A stretch of 64,000 nucleotides of DNA from Leucoraja erinacea (taxonomy: Eukaryota). The position numbers and the translations under genes are program-made. The DNA is taken from assembly GCF_028641065.1 (NCBI RefSeq), contig NC_073409.1, positions 20,274,001 through 20,338,000 on the forward strand, given 5' to 3'. Below are positions 62,255-64,000 of this stretch, piece by piece (the stretch's first letter is position 1; every line of letters begins with the position of its first letter). Under the pieces are notes generated by a model. That model was not told where the DNA came from. It searched no databases and worked only from the letters and a program-made list of their open reading frames with translations.

Positions 62255-63292
62255 AGGTATGTTACAAAACCTACCTGAATCGTGGCTGAGCATCTGCTCC
62301 ACCCCTTGTACGCGATTTTGGCGCTGTTTAGAGGGGGTGGGTTTAAAACGCGATTTTTACTAGGCTGTTCCAATTGAAAATGTTCAGCCTAGTAAATCAT
62401 TAACGGAAAATCGCTGAAAGACCCCGTCGCAAAAGGTATTATTAATTTTTATGGCCTTGTATAATATTTATAGTAGTTTTAAAATCACTCTCTCACTCCG
62501 CAATCTCTCGCAGCCCCAGGGTTTTATAAAGCAAACAATTAAAGGTATGTACCTTATTTTTACATTAAATGGGGCTTCTTAAGAACCCTGTATATAAACT
62601 TTTCTATAGCGAGTAGTTCATTTTGGGCTCTTTATATCCCGCTGTATTTTTCTGGGCACTTGAGGGCACAAATCCAGCGCAATGTGAACGTTCTAAACCA
62701 GCGCGTTCACAGGAACCCACTAGAAAGCCGATTTAAATTGACTTTAATTTACAGCAAATGAACACTAAATTCCTTCCATTTGGACTATAAATTGATGTAA
62801 ATGAGATTTAAAAATCATGTTTTATTGTGAATTATTTGTGAATATTATTTGGACACTTGGGCTATTTAAAAATGTTAATCATTTATTAAGAAATGGATAG
62901 ATGTTTACATCTAGTAATTGAAGTTTGAAATTAGCTACAATTGGGTAACTAACTAATTATATGCTTTAATTTCAGGTCATCCAAGTAAGATTATTTTATA
63001 TTTGCTTCAGAATGCTTCAATCTATGATAACTGAAAATTTCATTCAGTTCTCTTAATTTTTAAGAAGGTTATGGGATTTTGACTGTCCACGATCACAGCT
63101 TTTTTGTTATGTCCATAGAAAATCAATAGGGAACAAGATGCTAATTTCCGAGTATGAAAATGGCCATAACATTTTTATTACTTGAGATATAAAAGTGAAT
63201 TAGGTGTCAAATTAAACTTATTGTTATGCTTTATCTGATGGGATAAATTGCAGACTTGATTTTTTAAATCTCAAAACTTTGTAACATTGCTA
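62255..63292. mobile_element. Diverged, inverted copy of the same DNA transposon family
   Basis: Termini AGGTATGTTACAAAA / TTTGTAACATTGCTA; 8-bp TSD AAAGATAT; empty site at about 27440. Confidence 0.8.
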
Positions 63293-63315
63293 AAAGATAT
63301 CCATTCAGATTAGAG

Positions 63316-63798
63316 AAAATATTGCCAACCAAACATGTTATGCAGCTCGGAATGCAAAAATAAACGCACCAAAGCAAACATTACACAACCAAAGCTCTCC
63401 TTCGACTTTGTCCCCATCAACTGAAAATCTTTCATCACTTTCCCGTGATTGAAATCTCAGCGACTTTGGAAAGGAAACTTTCATCGCGATTGTGTTTAGC
63501 AAATGAACTTTCATTCTTGCGGTTATTTTTAGATACAGTTTGAGGGCGGGTACTTTGGTGTTGTATTTGACCGTTAGTATTTGCCTGCGTTACTCGCGGG
63601 CAAGTGAGCAAGGTGTGAGGGGGCCGGCGTTTTGTGGGGGCAGGACTGGAAGCGGTCGCAGATTCCCAGACTCCAGTGAAGGAGATTGTTTCATTGGTAA
63701 TTCAGCAGCGGGTGAAGGCACTGCAGCCGCGGGTTCAAATCCCATCGCAGTCACATCTTTCTGACATTCAGATTACATCGAATTCACTGATACCCAAG
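63316..63798 (+). promoter_or_regulatory. Putative promoter and first exon of a third UGT unit that continues beyond the window
   Basis: Homologous to 376-843; donor AAG|GTATGT, GT at 63799. Confidence 0.55.
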
Positions 63799-64000
63799 GT
63801 ATGTAAGTTGAAAACACTTCCAAATTCTCCACCATCTCTGTGTTGTAACAATGCATGCTTTCTAGTTACAGTTTCGGCAGCGAATAGCAATATTTAATTT
63901 TCTTTTTATCCGGAACAAACTTGCCGAGAGCTTATTTTTTTCCCATACTCGATATTATCTAAACACATTCCAGTACATGTTATTGATGCTGTAAACGCGA

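Larger units (their letters stand above)
28330..63315 (+). repeat. Segmental duplication unit 2
   Basis: As for unit 1; longer because of unit-specific TE insertions. Confidence 0.9.

Overview
Eukaryotic, repeat-rich vertebrate DNA. The HE1-like V-SINEs, HER1/CR1 LINEs and Penelope tails point to a cartilaginous fish (skate/ray/shark); this is inferred from repeat content. The window is a tandem segmental duplication of a UDP-glucuronosyltransferase cassette: unit 1 is about 1-28.3 kb, unit 2 about 28.3-63.3 kb, and unit 3 starts at about 63.3 kb. Each unit holds a putative non-coding leader exon, a long TE-filled intron, an intact single-coding-exon UGT (UGT5-like, 537 aa; 10560-12173 and 42230-43843) and a broken second paralogue ('type B', at 27007 and 59217). 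Comparing units gives filled versus empty sites for many insertions: a full-length DIRS tyrosine-recombinase retrotransposon (ITRs, ICR, ATT core), a Hero-like RLE LINE, a Penelope hairpin with a hammerhead-like core, and 30-36 bp CAAAGAT...ATCTTTG palindromes in 8-bp TSDs that look like P-element-type excision footprints. Also present are a Gypsy/chromovirus element, hAT and Harbinger MITEs, and an ERV-like LTR. The leader exon contains a degenerate tRNA-Leu-like A/B-box sequence in all three copies. Three N gaps (15.9-18.2 kb) limit confidence there. Coordinates were read by hand.
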